Positions 61,050-64,000 of a stretch of DNA of 64,000 nt are shown in pieces. The stretch lies in the NCBI RefSeq assembly GCF_009914755.1, contig NC_060929.1. One strand, 5' to 3'. How positions within the stretch are numbered: position 1 is the stretch's first letter; the number at the start of each line of letters is the position of its first letter. The DNA comes from the human T2T-CHM13v2.0 reference genome, Homo sapiens. The notes beneath the pieces are model-generated. The model ran no database searches. It saw only the letters and a program-made list of their open reading frames with translations, and was not told where the DNA came from. A program made the position numbers and the translations under genes.

Positions 61050-61205
61050 AGAGCAGTCATGATGGCCTGCACTCCACACAATGCAACAGAGTGAAAGAGC
61101 AGGTTCTGCTTCTTTGGTGTAGTCCTGAAGCTTCCTAAGAAACTTCACATCAGGTGATGGATAGGAGCAACCCTGTAAAACCAGCCTTAGACTATTTTTC
61201 AAACA
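61050..61205 (+). ncRNA. candidate 156-nt non-coding internal exon (lncRNA or 5'UTR)
   Basis: Branch-like CTTAAT at 61021, pyrimidine tract TTTCCTTTCTTTTTCTTGTAG, donor ACA|GTAAGT; stops in all three frames. Confidence 0.55.
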
Positions 61206-61809
61206 GTAAGTAATAAAGGTGACGTTTTGATCTTTATCTGCTTAATTACTTCTGCTATGATTCTATTGATTCTAACATTGAAGGAGCAGTAAATTTATAT
61301 GTATTATCCAACTATAAAACAATAAATAAACGATATGTCAAATACATTATCACATCCTTATGTTCTTATGATAATATTGTCCTTTTTTTAACAGTTTTTA
61401 TTCTTATTTGTTGATTGGTTTGTCTTTATGTTGTCCTTTCTACTATCAAACTGAACATGTTGAGGTCATAGGCTATCAAAACTGTACATTTCTGATGCTA
61501 ACCATAGAGACTTAACAACAGTAAATAGGCCAAAATGGAATGTTGTTAGCCATAGTGTGTATTATTATTTCTTTTATACATGTGGTCACTGTTAGAGGAG
61601 TTTATGACTTTTTGCCTAGATTAATGACACACAAACCATCTACAAACGAATCATACCTTATTCCCTCACTGTAATTTTTAATGTTGCTATTTTTGCCTGT
61701 TAACATTCCATAGGTTTATCACATTGCTTAAAGATTTAATTTAATTTCTGTAATTGTATATGTCATGAGAGATTGCTTTTAACCTTCCAATGTTCGTGGT
61801 CTCATTTTC

Positions 61810-62200
61810 ACTAACATAATCCCAACTTTAGCTGCGCACAATACCACATTTCCCAGCATTCCTTGCATCTGGATATAGCTGTATTCAAATAAGCCGTGTG
61901 AAACTTCTGGGATGGCTCCTTAAGTGCAGTTGACTCATTAGGGAGGTATGTCTTTTTTATTTTTCTACACTTTGTGCTGCTGTCCTGGAGTACAGACATG
62001 GTGGCTAGAAGCATGAAATCACCTTGAAGGTAGAAGTCATGCATTGAAGTTAGTAAAAGTGAAATGTAAGTGTATAGTTTCCTGATGAAAATGGGAAGCT
62101 TATGTACTAGCAACAGAATGCTTATTATGCAGGCTTCCTATATGTAAAAGAGGACAAATTCTCATTTTATTAAGTTTCTGAAAGTAGATTTCTAAATGCT
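61810..62200 (+). mobile_element. LTR33-like ERVL LTR remnant
   Basis: CACATTTCCCAGCATTCCTTGCA and GACATGGTGGCTAGA motifs; boundaries approximate. Confidence 0.55.
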
Positions 62201-63564
62201 GGTTCTATTTTTTATTGAAAGTAATGGCAAAAAACGCAATGCCTTTTGTACCAACCTAATAGTTAATAAACATATCCTCAAATGAAATGTCTTAGAATTG
62301 TGTTCATCAAGTTAATATTAATAATTTATTAGAATAGCACTCTAAAGGGTTGCAGCCTATGCATGAAAATACTTACAAACTACTACATGATAATCAATTC
62401 TTTTTGGCAAGACTGCTATTTACATGGACACAAGAGTTATTATAAGAATGTTGTATGTATACATGAATAGTGTCTGTTAAACACTGGATATAATAAAAAC
62501 AATAGTTTTTCTGTTAATTATAACAATCTGAACATTTTTGTGATTATATTTCACAAATGACACACCATTTTATTTGCAGATTTTTCTTATCCCCAAAGTT
62601 TTTGTTAATTTATTACCAACACAGCACACAAGTCTAGTGGCAATGCATTACCTCTGCAGTTGATTTTGAAGTAAGAAGGCCTATTTATTGCATTCATTCC
62701 TGCTTAGATGACATCTTAAATTTGTTAATTGGATTATTATGCTCTATTCTATACATTTATTGATTTATAGATTTTGTGGACACAAATTTCAAAACATATT
62801 CGAAAATTTGGTGATAGCTTTTTAGAATCTATTCTTCAACATAGTTATTGAAAGTGAACAAGAAGGACCTCCTCTAGAGATTAGGTTGAGAACCACTTCT
62901 TTGATTTGTTAAATATGTGTACATGGATACCATGTGGCTTTATTATGAGGAGCCACTTAAGTGGCTGAGTTACAATTCACAAAACATTGTCACAGGGAAA
63001 ATATCAGGACAAATTTTCAAGTCGCATGCCAAGAAAAGAAACTTTCTGAATGCTTATAAGAAATACCTTAATTAATGGGAGCCCTTCAAAGTACACAAAA
63101 CATCATAACTAGGAGTTGCAACACAACCAGCAATTTACTGATTGAAATGCATTCATTCATACTGACTTCACCTGCTGAATGGAATATTGTGCTGTACTGT
63201 CCTTAGCTATGGAGAGAGAATTAAGGAATATCCCCTTCTGGTGTTCAACAACAACGAAAGAGCAAGAAAGATATATTCCTAATTTTTAAAGAAGAATGTA
63301 GAGATACTTAAACAAGACAATGAAGGTGGTAGAAAGATTATTACCATCCCCAAAGTGTTTGCTCATTAAAACATTTTGTGATTTTCTCTGCCAATATCAT
63401 ACCTGTATGGATAATTGTTTTCCTATCCACACAGTTATGAGAGTGAGAAGATGGAATATAAAAGATGGAACAAGAGGGAATCTGTGTGGTGACCACAGTA
63501 ATCACAGGCTGGTTGGGATCCTAAACTCGGCCACAGCACAAAAGCATGTTCAAGTTTAAAGTCA

Positions 63565-63872
<308 letters not shown>

Positions 63873-64000
63873 AAAGTCACAATAAAATGAGATGCTATTA
63901 AGGTTGTTTTAGGTTGATTTTCAACTAGACCAGCATTTAGCCTGTACAAAGGCATATACAAAATAAACCCTAAACCTAAATGGGATTCAGCAGCAGCAGT

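Overview
Human/primate genomic DNA (Alu, L1PA, LTR12, THE1 elements), AT-rich and probably intronic or intergenic. I can support no intact protein-coding gene. The supplied ORFs are L1 ORF2 remnants, an ERV env remnant, or chance frames in Alu, LTR or simple-repeat sequence. The window is mostly nested transposon fossils: a MER4-group (MER65-like) ERV with a decayed env TM and an L1-interrupted LTR, a human-specific AluYa5, a CpG-island LTR12 solo LTR that is 3'-truncated, a near-full-length old L1PA15/16, a complete THE1D provirus, Tigger and hAT fossils, and a twin-primed L1PA3. The most notable observations are: (1) an ~80-bp tract of shared non-consensus bases between two inverted L1s of different subfamilies ~10 kb apart, suggesting ectopic gene conversion and an inversion-prone interval; (2) an LTR12 with a duplicated ETS/GABP motif, an expanded GC-box/G4 tract and a strong splice donor, plus a well-formed non-coding exon downstream, which together suggest an LTR-driven spliced lncRNA; (3) an 88-nt hairpin that appears to have arisen by template switching. 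Repeat family names come from my recall of consensus sequences, not from a search, and boundaries of old elements are approximate. I found no demonstrably new biological system; the findings are hypotheses.
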